Source: Savitreella phatthalungensis (Eukaryota). Taken from it: DNA of 64,000 nt. This document shows positions 42,536 to 54,663 of the stretch, piece by piece. The position numbers and the translations under genes were made by a program. Positions within the stretch are counted from its first letter, which is position 1; each line of letters opens with the position of its first letter. The notes beneath the pieces were generated by a model that was given only the letters and a program-made list of their open reading frames with translations, was not told the origin of the DNA and made no database searches. Location: assembly GCA_051599415.1 (NCBI GenBank), contig AP039699.1, positions 372,001 to 436,000 of the forward strand, read 5' to 3'.

Positions 42536-44335
42536 CTACAAGTCGATTAGCGACGCTTCCTCTTGTGGTTCGCTTGCTGTTCGGGCATTCGCTGGTTGAG
42601 CAAAAGTACTGTATGGTTGCTGGCCGGAGTGGCCATATGCATGAGACTGATCGAATTGTCCCTGTCGAGCGTAAGCCTGCTGCGGCGCGTAAGCCGAGGT
42701 GGTAGAAGCTCCACCGTGATATGCAGCTTCGGCCGGGTCGCTCGAGGCAGGATAGGGCGCATTCGCAGCGCCGTTCACTCCAGAAGGACGTCCGTAATAT
42801 CCATTAGCAGCGTCAGAGCGCCGCTGCGGTGCAGCTACCCCGTAGTAGTCGTGCTGCATAGGTGCTGCAGACCTGCTAGCGTATCCTGCACCTGCCAATC
42901 GTGACTCAAGCAATCGGTCATAGTAGCGCACGACTGTCTGCAGCTTGGCGTGCGTGTCGACGAGTTTTTCATACCTGCCAATGGTGTGCGCGAGCGAGCG
43001 AGCCATCTTTGGCCGCAGGGTGGAGATTTGGTCGTATAGTTCCTGAACCTGTGCATCAGCCAGGACGCCTGAGGATCCACCGCCGCCTGCAGCCTTTGCA
43101 TTGTGCTTAAGCTTCTCCACCAGCGATGCAAAGAGATTGATGTTTTCCGCTTCTTGCAAAGAGAGCTCGTTGGCATCCTGTCGTGGTTTAGTGGCTGATG
43201 ATGCCAGAGGTGGCGAGCTGCCTGTCGCGGCAACAGAGATAATTGGATTGGACGGAGTGTAAGCTGCGCTGACGGATGAAGCAGATAGATCCGGATAGCT
43301 GTATGCGTCCCGTGGCTTCGATTGCTGCTGCTGTTCTGCAAGTTTCATTTCTTGGAGGCTCGCCTGAATTGCGGCGCGCATGTCCGGGTCATCATCATCA
43401 GCGGTAGTCTGCACCGGTGCAGTCTTTGCAACTGGAGGGGCTGAATACCGTGTAGATTGCGCTTGACTCTGCTTGCTTTCTGCCAATGAAAGTTCTAGCG
43501 CACGCTTGAGGTCTAGATCCTCTTGCTCCTCACGAGCCGGCTGAGCAGATCGCTTGGCTTGACTATAGGAGTCTGTCGGTTGCGGTTGCTGCACGGGCTT
43601 AGGATACTGTACGCTGGCAGGTGCAAACGTGGAGCTTTGGACAGCAGCTTTGGAGTTGAAGCAGCCATCACAGACACGTACGGCTTCGGTGATACCAAGC
43701 TGCGGTAATGGCATGACCTGGCTCGAGCACTGACCGCAAAAAACCTGTCCGCAGTTTCGGCAGTGGTGCTTGCGATTCGTGAAGCTGAACGCTGTCCGAC
43801 ATCTCATACAGACATCGGAATCAGCCCACTCAGGAGGAGCAGCAGTGTCAACCATTGAGTCTGCGAGGCGCTGCTCAGGTGGGAAGTCGAACGCACCACT
43901 TCGCTGGAGGTCGCGATACTGTGCGGTTAGATACGACAACTGTGGCTTCGTCTCGAAGGCCAATCCCCACGACTGAATCAACTCGAGCAGCTTCGATTTG
44001 ACGTCTTCATTCAAACCCTGTGGGAAGCGTAGCAAGGAGACCAAGTTGTCGACAAACTCTCGCGATGCAATCTCTGTCAAAAAGTGTGATCCGCCGTTCT
44101 TCACTGCCAAATCTGTCAAGCGAAGCGTGTGCAGCTGGACGTTTGGATTCTTGCTGCTCAGGCGCTTCTTTAGGCTCCGCATTGCGTCTCGGGCTGGAAT
44201 CGTCTTTGAGCGGATCCTGTCGCAAATTTCCAGGTTCAGCGCGAGATCTTCTGAATCGGTCGGGAGCGTGCTGGAAGATGCGCGCTCCACTAGGTCATCC
44301 ATCTCAGCATTGCTACCACCTCCGAACCACGACAT
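42536..44335 (-). CDS. VPS27: ESCRT-0 subunit Vps27 (VHS-FYVE-UIM)
   Basis: VHS (NLEICDRIRSK, NPNVQL), FYVE (WADSDVCMRC..RKHHCRNCG..RVCDGC), two UIMs, terminal clathrin box LIDL; ATG 44335. Confidence 0.95.
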   Translation of the reverse strand: MSWFGGGSNAEMDDLVERASSSTLPTDSEDLALNLEICDRIRSKTIPARDAMRSLKKRLSSKNPNVQLHTLRLTDLAVKNGGSHFLTEIASREFVDNLVSLLRFPQGLNEDVKSKLLELIQSWGLAFETKPQLSYLTAQYRDLQRSGAFDFPPEQRLADSMVDTAAPPEWADSDVCMRCRTAFSFTNRKHHCRNCGQVFCGQCSSQVMPLPQLGITEAVRVCDGCFNSKAAVQSSTFAPASVQYPKPVQQPQPTDSYSQAKRSAQPAREEQEDLDLKRALELSLAESKQSQAQSTRYSAPPVAKTAPVQTTADDDDPDMRAAIQASLQEMKLAEQQQQSKPRDAYSYPDLSASSVSAAYTPSNPIISVAATGSSPPLASSATKPRQDANELSLQEAENINLFASLVEKLKHNAKAAGGGGSSGVLADAQVQELYDQISTLRPKMARSLAHTIGRYEKLVDTHAKLQTVVRYYDRLLESRLAGAGYASRSAAPMQHDYYGVAAPQRRSDAANGYYGRPSGVNGAANAPYPASSDPAEAAYHGGASTTSAYAPQQAYARQGQFDQSHAYGHSGQQPYSTFAQPANARTASEPQEEASLIDL

Positions 44336-44979
44336 GGCCGACGCGAAGTTGAAGCGCTGCTGTAACGCGTGGATATGAGGAAAATTGCTTGACTTGCTTC
44401 TCTTCCTCAACGATTATCCAATCGTAGTGGCTATGTGGCAGCTCACGAGGAGCGAGCTGAGACTCAAGTCTTTCTCCGCTTACTGTCACTGACTCTGATG
44501 AATTGGCACAATGTGGTGAATCGAAGGTGTGCGCTTGTTGTGGGTTGACTTGACCTCACCAAACGTTGCAGAACAGTCTTGGAACTCTATGTTTCCACAT
44601 GCGCGTCGTGCTACGTAATTGCTCTAATTCAATTTTAATAATCTTGAATTTGATCTTTAGTAGACTCGAAATTGATTATATCTGGAATCATGCATGACGA
44701 ATGAGGCGCTCTGAACACGACCACGACAACACGCATCATCTCATACAGTGTAACATCTCTCCGCGTCTGAGTCATCTGCTCTGGCGCTTCATAGCTGGGT
44801 CATATCGCCGGCCTCGAGAAGTCACGGTGGCGTGCGAAGGACTTTCGCGAGGGCAAATTGGCCCGTAGATTACAGTGTGAGGGTGGAGTCTTCACTCCTA
44901 CAAGCAAGGCTTGGTAGCGAAATGAGCATAGCGCACGCCCGGGAGTGAGCAGCTCATCTCACGTGTCTTATCGCTAGGG

Positions 44980-47577
44980 ATGTCTAGAACCATGACGAAC
45001 GCGACAACGTCTTTCGAGGCACTCCAGGCCCGTGGAGAGATAAAAGAGGAGCCAGACAGTTGTCCTATTGAATCATGGCTGCAAGTCGCAAAGTCCTGTT
45101 ATCGAAACGCTCAGCTTGCGGAAGAAGACGGCAACGAAGAACAAGCTTTCGTCTACTATGCTCAGACATATGAGATCATGACTAACAAGATCCCGAAGCA
45201 CACCACGTATAGTTCGTGGAAGGCTGCCAACAAGCCTTCGCGTGGAGACTATCTCCGCTTCCGAGGGATCCTTGCAGATGGAATGGACGATTATGCGCAG
45301 CTCATGCGCAGTTTGCGCGCAAGGCTACGTACGGTGCCGCAGCAGCGACAATCCATTTCGGGCGGTGCAGTGACACAAACTCACAGATCTTCTACTACTC
45401 AGGGTCTCATTCGCTCTCCACCGATAGACGGGATCTCGCGCTTGGCCATTGATGGAGGTGTACGACCAGGTTTACAGGCTGCTCGAAGCTCCCTTCCTGC
45501 AGCACAGCGGACTGCCAACGGTAAATTGGAACCAGGAAAGACAAATGTCATCGAGCCAGCGACTCTGATGCAACTGATGCGTCAACAACCTTCCACCACT
45601 ATACTGTTCTTGGACGTTCGCCCCCGCGAGCTCTTCGACCAAGCTCACATTGATGCTGACGCCGTGGCAAATATCGATCCACTGGTTTGTCGCGCCAACA
45701 TACAAGCTCAGGATCTTGAGGATTCATTCTTGGTTGCGCCAAGCGAAGAGCTCGCACTTTTCGAACGGCGGAACGAGTTCAACTATGTCATTTTCTATGA
45801 CGATGATTCCGTCTCGATGGTTCCACCCGCTGAACGGGCACAACAGTCGCAGCATCAGATACTGCACAATCTATTCACCGGTCTTTGGGCAAACATGGGG
45901 TGGCGAAAACCATTGGCGAGGCCGCCTATGCTTCTCGTGGGAGGTCTGCAGGCGTGGCAGCGCCTCAACGGACCTGTCAAGCGTGCTGATCCTCATGACG
46001 GCAAATCGCAGGTCGTGCTCGTCCGATCACCTTCAAACGAGTTGGCGAAAGGAGATCAAAAGCTCATCAATCGCCGCACAAACATCATGCAAACGCCATA
46101 CCCGCGCTCTGTCCATGAGTATATTGCGGCGTTTTCCGACAACTCGTACAGGCAGTCGATGGCACGCCTCAACTATGAGCAGAATCAGCGAGCCAAAGAG
46201 CCCAAAGTGTACTCGCCGACCTCAGCCACAGAGGACTCTCCACGGAGCGCAATGCCACTATCGGTGGTACATCCAGATCTCCGGGCAGCATCTCGCCACA
46301 CACCTCCGTACCCGCGTTCTCCAGCGAGCACGACGTCTACGAGCGGAGATCCTTATCTGTCCGTGCGGCAGCCGCCTGCTCAAGTCGTACGCACAGGTCC
46401 TGTCTACACCCGCCAGCCTTCTCTTGGTAGCCAGCAATCGCGATTCGGCCACACCGCTATCGGGAAAACTGGTCTTCGCAATCTGGGCAACAGCTGCTTC
46501 ATGAACGCCACGATTCAGTGTCTTGCGGCTTGCTTCCCACTGGCCCGATATCTTACCTCGGGCAAATACAAGGATGATATCAATCCATCGAACCCGCTTG
46601 GGTACAAGGGCATCATTGCGACGAAATTCGCCGGATTGCTTCGGGACATGGCGTCAGACGATAATACCGTCCTTGCGCCTACAGAGCTTCGTAACGCTAT
46701 TGGCAAGTTCAGACCTGAGTTCGCAAGCGGCAACCAGGAGGATGCACAGGAGCTGCTAGTCTTTCTGCTCGATGGCTTGCATGAGGATCTGAATGCGAAT
46801 GCTCTAAAGCCACAGCTACGTGAGCTCACCGAGGCTGAAGAAGAAAGGCGTGAAACAATGCCGGATGCGAAAGTGAGTAGCATCGAGTGGGAGCGGTACT
46901 GCCATCGCAACCGGTCAGTCGTCACGCAACTGCTTCAGGGCCAGTATCAGTCACGGCTGAAGTGCCTGACATGCGGACAGACATCGACGACCTACAACGC
47001 CTTCACCACCTTATCACTGCCGATCCCGAAGAAGTCGATCCACAGTGGTGGAGGTCCAGGTGTGACGCTGGAGGACTGCGTGGAGGAGTTCTGCAAGACC
47101 GAAGCGATGGAAGGCGACGATTCTTGGTTCTGCTCGAGATGCAAGCAGCTGCGAAGGGCATCTAAGAAGCTGTCGATCTCTCGCATGCCGGATGTGCTAC
47201 TTGTCCACTTCAAGCGATTCGAGTCGAAAGGTCCGTGGCGCGACAAGATCAACACACCCATCCACTTCCCGACAAACGGCCTCGACATGACCAGGCACGT
47301 GATGGCGAGTGCAGTCGGCGGTGGTGCGGGTGGCAATCGCTCTGCGAGCAGTTTGTCCGGATCGACGGCCGTGTATGACCTGTTCGGGATTGTGTACCAC
47401 CGAGGCAGCATGGAAGGCGGACACTACACGGCTGCCTGCACGGCTCCAGAGGCTACTGCTTATCCTGACTGGACACTCTTCGACGACTCCCGAATCGCCC
47501 CAGTCGACAACAACGATCTCGACGCTAGGGCCGCCTACCTACTCTTTTACCAGCGGCGACCGGACGCAAAGTTCTGA
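44980..47577 (+). CDS. DOA4: Ubiquitin C-terminal hydrolase Doa4/Ubp4 (USP8-like)
   Basis: N-terminal MIT-like helices, rhodanese (LFLDVRPRELFDQAHI), Cys box GLRNLGNSCFMN, QEDAQE, His box HRGSMEGGHYTA. Confidence 0.9.
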   Translation: MSRTMTNATTSFEALQARGEIKEEPDSCPIESWLQVAKSCYRNAQLAEEDGNEEQAFVYYAQTYEIMTNKIPKHTTYSSWKAANKPSRGDYLRFRGILADGMDDYAQLMRSLRARLRTVPQQRQSISGGAVTQTHRSSTTQGLIRSPPIDGISRLAIDGGVRPGLQAARSSLPAAQRTANGKLEPGKTNVIEPATLMQLMRQQPSTTILFLDVRPRELFDQAHIDADAVANIDPLVCRANIQAQDLEDSFLVAPSEELALFERRNEFNYVIFYDDDSVSMVPPAERAQQSQHQILHNLFTGLWANMGWRKPLARPPMLLVGGLQAWQRLNGPVKRADPHDGKSQVVLVRSPSNELAKGDQKLINRRTNIMQTPYPRSVHEYIAAFSDNSYRQSMARLNYEQNQRAKEPKVYSPTSATEDSPRSAMPLSVVHPDLRAASRHTPPYPRSPASTTSTSGDPYLSVRQPPAQVVRTGPVYTRQPSLGSQQSRFGHTAIGKTGLRNLGNSCFMNATIQCLAACFPLARYLTSGKYKDDINPSNPLGYKGIIATKFAGLLRDMASDDNTVLAPTELRNAIGKFRPEFASGNQEDAQELLVFLLDGLHEDLNANALKPQLRELTEAEEERRETMPDAKVSSIEWERYCHRNRSVVTQLLQGQYQSRLKCLTCGQTSTTYNAFTTLSLPIPKKSIHSGGGPGVTLEDCVEEFCKTEAMEGDDSWFCSRCKQLRRASKKLSISRMPDVLLVHFKRFESKGPWRDKINTPIHFPTNGLDMTRHVMASAVGGGAGGNRSASSLSGSTAVYDLFGIVYHRGSMEGGHYTAACTAPEATAYPDWTLFDDSRIAPVDNNDLDARAAYLLFYQRRPDAKF

Positions 47578-47897
47578 GGTAGGTGAGAACGACATCATTT
47601 GTACAACCACAGAAACCAATTCATGACAACAACTTTGACACGCAAGGATCGAGACGCGGAAAGGAAAGACAAGAGGGTGTAAGTGCCAAATGATGATTGT
47701 ATTTTGGTGTGTCGTGACGTGAAGCAGGAAGAGCAAAAGAGAGATGCGTAGGAAGACGGTGTGACTGAATTTGGAAGACGAATGGGAATTGATCGAGAGA
47801 GAGAGGTCGTACCTTTTTCTCCTTGGGAGGATACTCTCGTTGCGTTACCCTTTTCTGATTTTCCAAGCTGTCAGGAAAGTACACCTGATTGTATCGC

Positions 47898-48533
47898 TTA
47901 TTTCTTCTTGGCCTCTGCCTCCTCCTCGGCCTTCTTGGCTGCTGCTGCGCGCTTGCCTGCCAGACGAGCGTCGGAACGAGCCATGCGAAGGTCGTGGTAG
48001 CGGGATCCCTCCTTCTCCTCTGATGTGATGGCGCGTGCGTCGACCTCGGTCTTTGGCTGGGAGATCGGCAGGACGGATGCGATACGGGTCTGCTTGGCCT
48101 CAGCGGTCGAGGCTGCATCGGCGTCACCCTTCTTGGCTGCCTTTGCCTTGCGAGGGAAGACGATGAGCTTGCTCGTGTATGCGTTCAGGCGCTCGACGTT
48201 GGCTGCGATCGACTCCTCTGAGCGGTTCTGCCTGCGGTGGTCGACGGCAATACCGACGGTGCGTGCGTACTTGCGTGGAATCTTTGCTGCCTTGAGCTCC
48301 TCAAGAGAGAATCCGCGGCCTGCACGGACGCGCATGTTGTACTTTGCGGTTGGGCAGTGAACGACCGGACGAAGCTTGTCAACGGGACGAGGTGCGACGC
48401 GGACTGCCTTTGCAACACGCGCCCTGCGACGGCGAACCTTCTTTCCTGGCTGGTTGAACCATGTCTTGACGCGCTGGTCCCAGTCCTTGCGGAAATGGTT
48501 CCTCTGGAGGGCGTTGTTGTGTCTGATGGCCAT
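47898..48533 (-). CDS. RPL13: 60S ribosomal protein eL13
   Basis: NHFRKDWDQRVKTWFNQP, CPTAKYN.RVRAGRGFSLEELK, GIAVDHRRQN. Confidence 0.98.
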   Translation of the reverse strand: MAIRHNNALQRNHFRKDWDQRVKTWFNQPGKKVRRRRARVAKAVRVAPRPVDKLRPVVHCPTAKYNMRVRAGRGFSLEELKAAKIPRKYARTVGIAVDHRRQNRSEESIAANVERLNAYTSKLIVFPRKAKAAKKGDADAASTAEAKQTRIASVLPISQPKTEVDARAITSEEKEGSRYHDLRMARSDARLAGKRAAAAKKAEEEAEAKKK

Positions 48534-49645
48534 GGCTCCTTGCTCGTACGAAAGGGTTTCAAGTTGTAGATGGTCTTCTTGAGTAGTGACTCGGTGCTTG
48601 GAGATCCGGTTTGGTTGGGATAGGGGAGACTGGAGAGCGCTGTAGGAGTGAGTACACTACAGGGTCACGCAGGACGGATGGACGACTGGTAGTGATGGTG
48701 GTAACTGGTGCGGTATGGTGTGTGCTCAGTAGGTACCAGACTGAGCTTTGGTAGCCTTGGTGCTGGTAAGGGATAAGGAGACGGACTGAGAGAGAGTGAC
48801 AGAGAGAGTAGAGTATAGTAGAGTAAAGTAGAGTATAGTAGAGAGGATTAGTGAATCTGAGAGATAGTTAGTAGGTTGGAGTGGCAGCAGTAGTAGAATG
48901 AATTAGGGCAGAAGCAGAAAGGGTGAGTAATTAAATCGAGTGACTACAGACCGATTGACTTGATTTGTATGCACCCAATTCAGTCAAAACTGATCCCAGC
49001 TACTGCATTAACATTTAATCTTTCTTCACTCTACTGTCACCAATCCACGCAATACACCGATGTCATATCATAGCTGCTTATTTTGCGGCGAGATAACATA
49101 ATTTGCATTTGAAGTTGTATAGAACTTGTGCCTCGTGGAATACTATTCTGAAGAAATCAGATTTGATACAGGCAGATTTGATTTTGGCACAGTGATTATA
49201 TGATGTGTGAAAAATCGATCAACTTCACACGCTCTTCCTCCTCATCAATTGTCAGTTCGACCTGGACAGTAAAGGGAACGAATGATATTTTGACAGAATC
49301 GAAATTGATCAAAGTATGTGCATCACATGAACATCTTCAGTCTGCCATATGGGATCAACCATCATCCATCTAGCCGCACTCCATAGCCCAACTAAAGCAC
49401 GTGCTAGTCAGTCAAGCATCTGCCTCGGGCCACACCAGTCCGCCCAAACACCCGCACTTGGCTAGCATCACCAGCCACAACTTTCGTGTACAGACTCCAC
49501 GTGCACGTCTACTGAATCACATCCGCCAAAGTATACTCTGGACAATTTCTCCATGATACATTCACTAGACTTAAGAATAGAAATATCTACACTACAAGGA
49601 GTCAGCAGCACGCGTTCTCCTATACGTAGCTTGCACTCATTCAAC

Positions 49646-50057
49646 ATGGTTCTCTACGAACTCGTCTGCATCACTCGTGGCGCTTTGCCAGACGCTACGA
49701 TGCGTGAAATTGCTCGTACGGCTGGTACGCAGGTCATCAACCATGGTGGTGTCGTCCGCGGTATTCAGGATTGGGGAACTCGCATGCTCCCAAGTCCCAT
49801 CAAGAAGTATCAGCAGACACACCAGGACGGACGGTATTTTCTCATGTGGTTCGATACAAATCGTAAGCCATCCGCACAACAAATCACCATCATGTCAAGA
49901 TGTCCATAAGCTAACTTTTATTTCCCACAAAGCACGCGTACAACGGGATATTGGCCTTACAATGAAGCTCGATCCACGAATTCTTAGGCACACATTCATC
50001 AAGCTTGCAGACAGCATCGACAAGCTCCATCAGCCGATTCGTGGTCTCAAGCAGTGA
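49646..50057 (+). CDS. MRP17: Mitochondrial ribosomal protein bS6m
   Basis: Exons 49646-49862 and 49933-50057 (GTAAGC..GCTAAC..AAG); MVLYELVCI, GGVVRGIQDWG, LDPRILRH. Confidence 0.9.
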
Positions 50058-50392
50058 CCACTCCTTATACAAAGAGGATGATTAGGCCAACGGGACGAAA
50101 CTAGCACATATGTAGCATCTGCCCTCTCGATCGCTTCCCCAAGCTATCAAGAGGCGCGTGACGAATCTTAACGACTTGACGATCGAAGCAGCATTGATCA
50201 CCAGCTTCCTTGACACCTTCGTAATGATAACGTGCATCCGGTCTTTGCCTTATTACTGATACTGAACGACATACAGTATGTTCAGCTCACGTAGAATGTA
50301 CGTAGAAAATCCGTGACGCACATCACTGGTCACACCCATGGGTATGCACAAATAACAAAAATCACAAGACCTCAACTACTTCTTACAAGGAT

Positions 50393-51475
50393 ATGGCAGC
50401 AGAGCAGCGGAAGCTGCTAGAGCAGCTCATGGGCGCCTCTGCCATGGTTGGCGGAGGCGTTGGAGGCGGTGGCAGAGGTGGCAGAGTGGATGAGCGAGGT
50501 CGAAGGGAGAGCGATTCAGGCTCAGGAGCACGTCTAGACCTTACTGACTCGCGGATCTGTCGAGGTTTCCTCCTAGACGCCTGCCCCTACGACCTCATAG
50601 GCCCTGCACGTCCCAACATGGGCACTTGTCCTCGACTCCACAGCCAACCACTCCGGATGGAGTTCGAGCACACCGCCGACACACAGCGGTCTCCAGCAGA
50701 GAAACGTTCACTTGCATTCGAGTACGAGGTCGAGCGCGAGTTGGCAAAGTACGTCGACGAGATGAATCGGCGGGTCGACGTTGCCTCGAAGCGCCTGGAA
50801 AGAACATCGGAGGAAGAAGCTCGCGCAAGCGTGTTACTCCAGGAGATGGGATTGCTCGAGCGAGATCACGCGACGACGTTGAGTGAAGTTCGCGTTCTCG
50901 GACGGCTGGGACTTGTGGCGCGGGCGATCGACGCTCAGTATGATGCTGACAAGCTCGCTATCGACCGGGACGTCCGCCTGCGTGAGCTCCACGCCATCGA
51001 TACGCGACAGGACGATTTCCAGAAACTCGAAATCTGCACCGTCTGCTCGGCATTCCTGTCGAAGCTCGACAACGACCGCCGTCTCGCCGACCACTTTGGA
51101 GGGAAAGCACACTTGGCATACGCACGACTCAGGCGCGCTCACGCGAGACTGAAGGACAAGGTTGAAGAGCTGAGAAATGCAGGGATTGAGCCTCCGTCGT
51201 CAGGGAGTATGGCGGCCGCTGGGCCAGGCTATCGATCGGATAGACGAGACAGCTCTCCTGGGAGCACCAGCCAATCAGTTTACTCTGGTCGACGATCGAG
51301 GAACAACAACAACGACTCCGACCGCGATCCATACCGCCGCTATCCCAACTATGGGACAACCCGCGATCGCAGCCGCAGCAGGGACACGCGCTACGACGAT
51401 CGAGATCGCGGTCGTCATGATCAACGTCGGCGGTACTCGAGGGACAGATCATTTGACAGCAGGTCTCGATGGTGA
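50393..51475 (+). CDS. LUC7: U1 snRNP subunit Luc7
   Basis: MAAEQRKLLEQLMG, C.GFLLDACPYDL..MGTCPRLH, QKLEICTVCSAFLS..DNDRRLADHFGGK.H, RS-rich tail. Confidence 0.94.
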   Translation: MAAEQRKLLEQLMGASAMVGGGVGGGGRGGRVDERGRRESDSGSGARLDLTDSRICRGFLLDACPYDLIGPARPNMGTCPRLHSQPLRMEFEHTADTQRSPAEKRSLAFEYEVERELAKYVDEMNRRVDVASKRLERTSEEEARASVLLQEMGLLERDHATTLSEVRVLGRLGLVARAIDAQYDADKLAIDRDVRLRELHAIDTRQDDFQKLEICTVCSAFLSKLDNDRRLADHFGGKAHLAYARLRRAHARLKDKVEELRNAGIEPPSSGSMAAAGPGYRSDRRDSSPGSTSQSVYSGRRSRNNNNDSDRDPYRRYPNYGTTRDRSRSRDTRYDDRDRGRHDQRRRYSRDRSFDSRSRW

Positions 51476-51685
51476 TTGTCACCAAGGTACAAGACATGTA
51501 AAAGTAGGATACGATAGTTATGAATCACGAATGACACAATTGATAAACACGTTTGGAGAACTGTCCCCAAACATTCATAGGCAAATGGGTTGTCAATTGA
51601 ATCATTACTTTGTCGTGCTCGAAAGTGAGAGTATCGACGTAACATGCTCCATTGGAGCACAGTGAGAGCAAGAAGAGAGTTTGTC

Positions 51686-52885
51686 TTACTCCCAATCATC
51701 GTCGCTCTCGTGGTCATCAGGCTTTGCCCGAGTTGCCGGGCGAGGTGTGGCGGCGGGATCATCCGTAGCGGTCGAAATCGGTGTGATTGGACGTGCGTCG
51801 GACGATGAGATCGGAGGCTTCGCAGTAGGCGAATGCTGCTGCGACACCAAGTCGTACGATTCTTCCGAAGATGGCCGAGGTGATTTCTTCGTCGTCTTTT
51901 TTGCGGCGCTCACAGCAGAAGGGACAGGCTTGTTGTCCTCCTCTTGAGCTGTTTTGTCCTCCGATTGCTTTGTGGCCTTTACCACGGCCGTCTCCTCGCC
52001 CTCTTCTTCCTGCTCTGCTTCTTCCTCGTCATCCCAACCGACCTCTTCACTCGCAGCAGCAGCTCGATCAAGAACGCGCTTGCGTCGCTCTTCGGCAATT
52101 TTAAGCTTGGCCACAAGCCAGTAGTAGCGCTGCCAGAAGCTAACATAGTCGAGTTTCTCCGGTACGAGCGCCTCCATGGTCTCTCGAAGACGAGGATAGC
52201 GCTCGAGTTGCTCTGCAATCTCCGCGGTATTGTCGTCAGCACTGAAATCCTCCAGGAAATCCGCGTACGCTTCAGCATCAAGGTCTTCGCCCTTTATAGG
52301 AGGAGTGAAGGATGCAATGCGTTCAGCATCGCCTTGAATCTCTGCCAATTGACGTTCCATGCGACTCAGGAAGACTTGCTGCCGCTGGGCTGTGGATTGA
52401 TCGAAAAGTACGCCACCTCGTGAACCCTCGTGTGTATCCTCTGGCTCCTCGATCACGACAGCCTCTTTCAGGAATTTGCCGACATTGGCTGCATATTTGT
52501 CCAAATTTGCACTCTTGAACCATGTGCCGAGTCTTTCTGTGGCAGACTCTCCATCCTGTTTTACAGCCACCGATGACGTTGCATCCTCTTCCTTGGGCTC
52601 TGCAGCCTTGCCAACGATCAACTCCTGCTGCAATGTCTCGCGAATCGCCTTCAGATCCTGGGTAGCCTCTTCAATCTCGGCTTTTGCATTCTTGGAGATC
52701 TGCTCGCCGTACTTTTTGACATTACCGACGAAACGATTGAAAGTAGCCCATGGCAAGGATTTATTGATCGCTTCAAACTCCGCCTTGAGCGCTGATCCGC
52801 CATTGCTGTCACCGGACGGAGCTCCGTCAGCCGTTGAGTCGTTGTGCTGAACACTCGTATAGTTCTCTGCTTCGTAGAAGTCCAT
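51686..52885 (-). CDS. BSD-domain protein (Dos2-like)
   Basis: IAEQLERYPRLRETMEALVPEKLDYVSFWQRYY, EEVGWDDEE, terminal DDDWE. Confidence 0.85.
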   Translation of the reverse strand: MDFYEAENYTSVQHNDSTADGAPSGDSNGGSALKAEFEAINKSLPWATFNRFVGNVKKYGEQISKNAKAEIEEATQDLKAIRETLQQELIVGKAAEPKEEDATSSVAVKQDGESATERLGTWFKSANLDKYAANVGKFLKEAVVIEEPEDTHEGSRGGVLFDQSTAQRQQVFLSRMERQLAEIQGDAERIASFTPPIKGEDLDAEAYADFLEDFSADDNTAEIAEQLERYPRLRETMEALVPEKLDYVSFWQRYYWLVAKLKIAEERRKRVLDRAAAASEEVGWDDEEEAEQEEEGEETAVVKATKQSEDKTAQEEDNKPVPSAVSAAKKTTKKSPRPSSEESYDLVSQQHSPTAKPPISSSDARPITPISTATDDPAATPRPATRAKPDDHESDDDWE

Positions 52886-53505
52886 GACGGTACCGTGGAT
52901 GTGCAGGGAAGGAGGTCTATTTCAGCGTGGAGTATTGCCGCTCGCGTTTCAGAACTCTCAAGCCGAGCGTGTTTGTGCTATCCAGTGAAGCTCTGAGCAA
53001 GTCCAGCGAATCCCGTTAGCGAGCGCACGCGCGCGCTATCTCGAGACGCAGATGAGCAGTGCGTCCTTCTGAGACTGGACCGATAGGCTGAAAGATAGGC
53101 GACTATCTCAGTAGATTGTACTGTGGTAATGGATATATAGGTGTGGATGTGGGCGCGTGCGTGTGTATCCACTGCATGCTCTGTATATATGTATGTGATC
53201 AATTGAATACATCCCATTTACGCCCACCCTGATCAGTCGAGCTAAATTAAGCCTTTGATTGATCCATTACACATGCACTCAAATACTGTATACGTACGTA
53301 GCCAATAGAGGATCTCTAATCCTGAGTATGGAGGCTTCTAACTCAATTAACTTCAATTAATTATGCAGATGCATGACTGCTGAGTGCTGCTGAGTTGTTC
53401 AAATACACGTGATTTACATGCAGATGGATCACACATGTGCAAGTCAGGTACTCACCACCTCAAGTACATCACTTAATCGGTTCTTGCAGCGTTGCTACGT
53501 ATCTC

Positions 53506-54444
53506 ATGTCGTCTACAGCATCACTCGGAGCGACTCTTGTCGATTCATCACAGCCTCTGGCGCTCAGATTCCGGGCGCTTTTCTCACTTAAAGCGCTCGG
53601 AACTCAAGGGGACTCTGCTGCTATTGATGCCATTGCTAGAGGATTCACGGATGACAGCGAGCTCCTGAAGCATGAACTCGCTTACGTGCTCGGCCAGACG
53701 AAACAGCAGAGCGCGATTCCACATTTGACCGCAGTGCTCGAGGACTTGCAGCAGCAGGCAATGGTTCGTCACGAGGCTGCAGAAGCCCTGGGCGCTATTG
53801 GCGATGACCGCTGCCTAGCTACACTAACGCACTACGAGAAGCGTGAGGGCGAGCTCGAAGTTGTCCGTCAGACGTGCGAGCTAGCACGCGCGAGAATTGA
53901 GTGGCTCGCCAGCCAGCGCGATGCAGCCAATGCAGATAAGCTGGAAAAGTCAAATTACAGCTCGATCGACCCTGCTCCACCAACGGTCGCATCTTCCACG
54001 GAGTCCTCTGAGCAGGAAATCGCTCGTCTGCAGAAAGAGCTCAATGATCAAGCTCTGCCACTCTTCCAGCGTTACCGCGCCATGTTCAGACTGCGCGATA
54101 TCGGAACAGAGCCAGCCGTCCTAGCGCTTGCCACAGGTTTCGACAACGACCCTTCTGCATTGTTCAAGCATGAAGTCGCCTACGTGTTTGGTCAGATGAG
54201 CCATCCGGCTTCAGTCCCTGCGCTCGTCAAAGTGCTCCAGGACACGCGCGAGGAGGCGATGGTACGGCACGAGGCGGCAGAGGCGCTCGGCTCGATCGCC
54301 ACTGATGATGTTGTCGAGGTACTGAAGAAGTTCGAGGCCGATCCGGAGCGTGTGGTTCGTGAATCCTGCATCGTGGCAAACGATATGGCAGAGTACGAGC
54401 GCTCCGACGAGCTTCAATACGCCACGATCCCAGTGACTGCATGA
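53506..54444 (+). CDS. LIA1: Deoxyhypusine hydroxylase
   Basis: [32 protein letters not shown] twice, [19 protein letters not shown] 53506. Confidence 0.95.
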   Translation: MSSTASLGATLVDSSQPLALRFRALFSLKALGTQGDSAAIDAIARGFTDDSELLKHELAYVLGQTKQQSAIPHLTAVLEDLQQQAMVRHEAAEALGAIGDDRCLATLTHYEKREGELEVVRQTCELARARIEWLASQRDAANADKLEKSNYSSIDPAPPTVASSTESSEQEIARLQKELNDQALPLFQRYRAMFRLRDIGTEPAVLALATGFDNDPSALFKHEVAYVFGQMSHPASVPALVKVLQDTREEAMVRHEAAEALGSIATDDVVEVLKKFEADPERVVRESCIVANDMAEYERSDELQYATIPVTA

Positions 54445-54663
54445 TCATCCTGTCCGGGCACCTCACAACCCTCCCTGCATATGCTCGCGCATATCCCGAG
54501 CACTCCTACATCTTCACTTCCTCTCATTCGTAGCCTGCAGCGCAAGTCCGTTTCTCTATTTCATGCATCATTTCTATGCTCAATCTCGTCGTTACTGTCG
54601 TCATCATCAACTACATTATTGTCGTCTTTGGATCTGTCATCTTCAAAGCGCGTGTACATCTTT

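Noticed and set aside
45650..46504. Long alternative-frame and antisense ORFs over housekeeping genes
   Set aside because: Shadow ORFs expected from GC-rich codon usage; no recognisable motifs
48540..48950. 5' UTR intron, snoRNA or Homol-D element upstream of RPL13
   Set aside because: A TACTAAC..CAG and a short AGTAGAGTAT repeat are present, but no matching donor, C/D boxes or exact CAGTCACA was found
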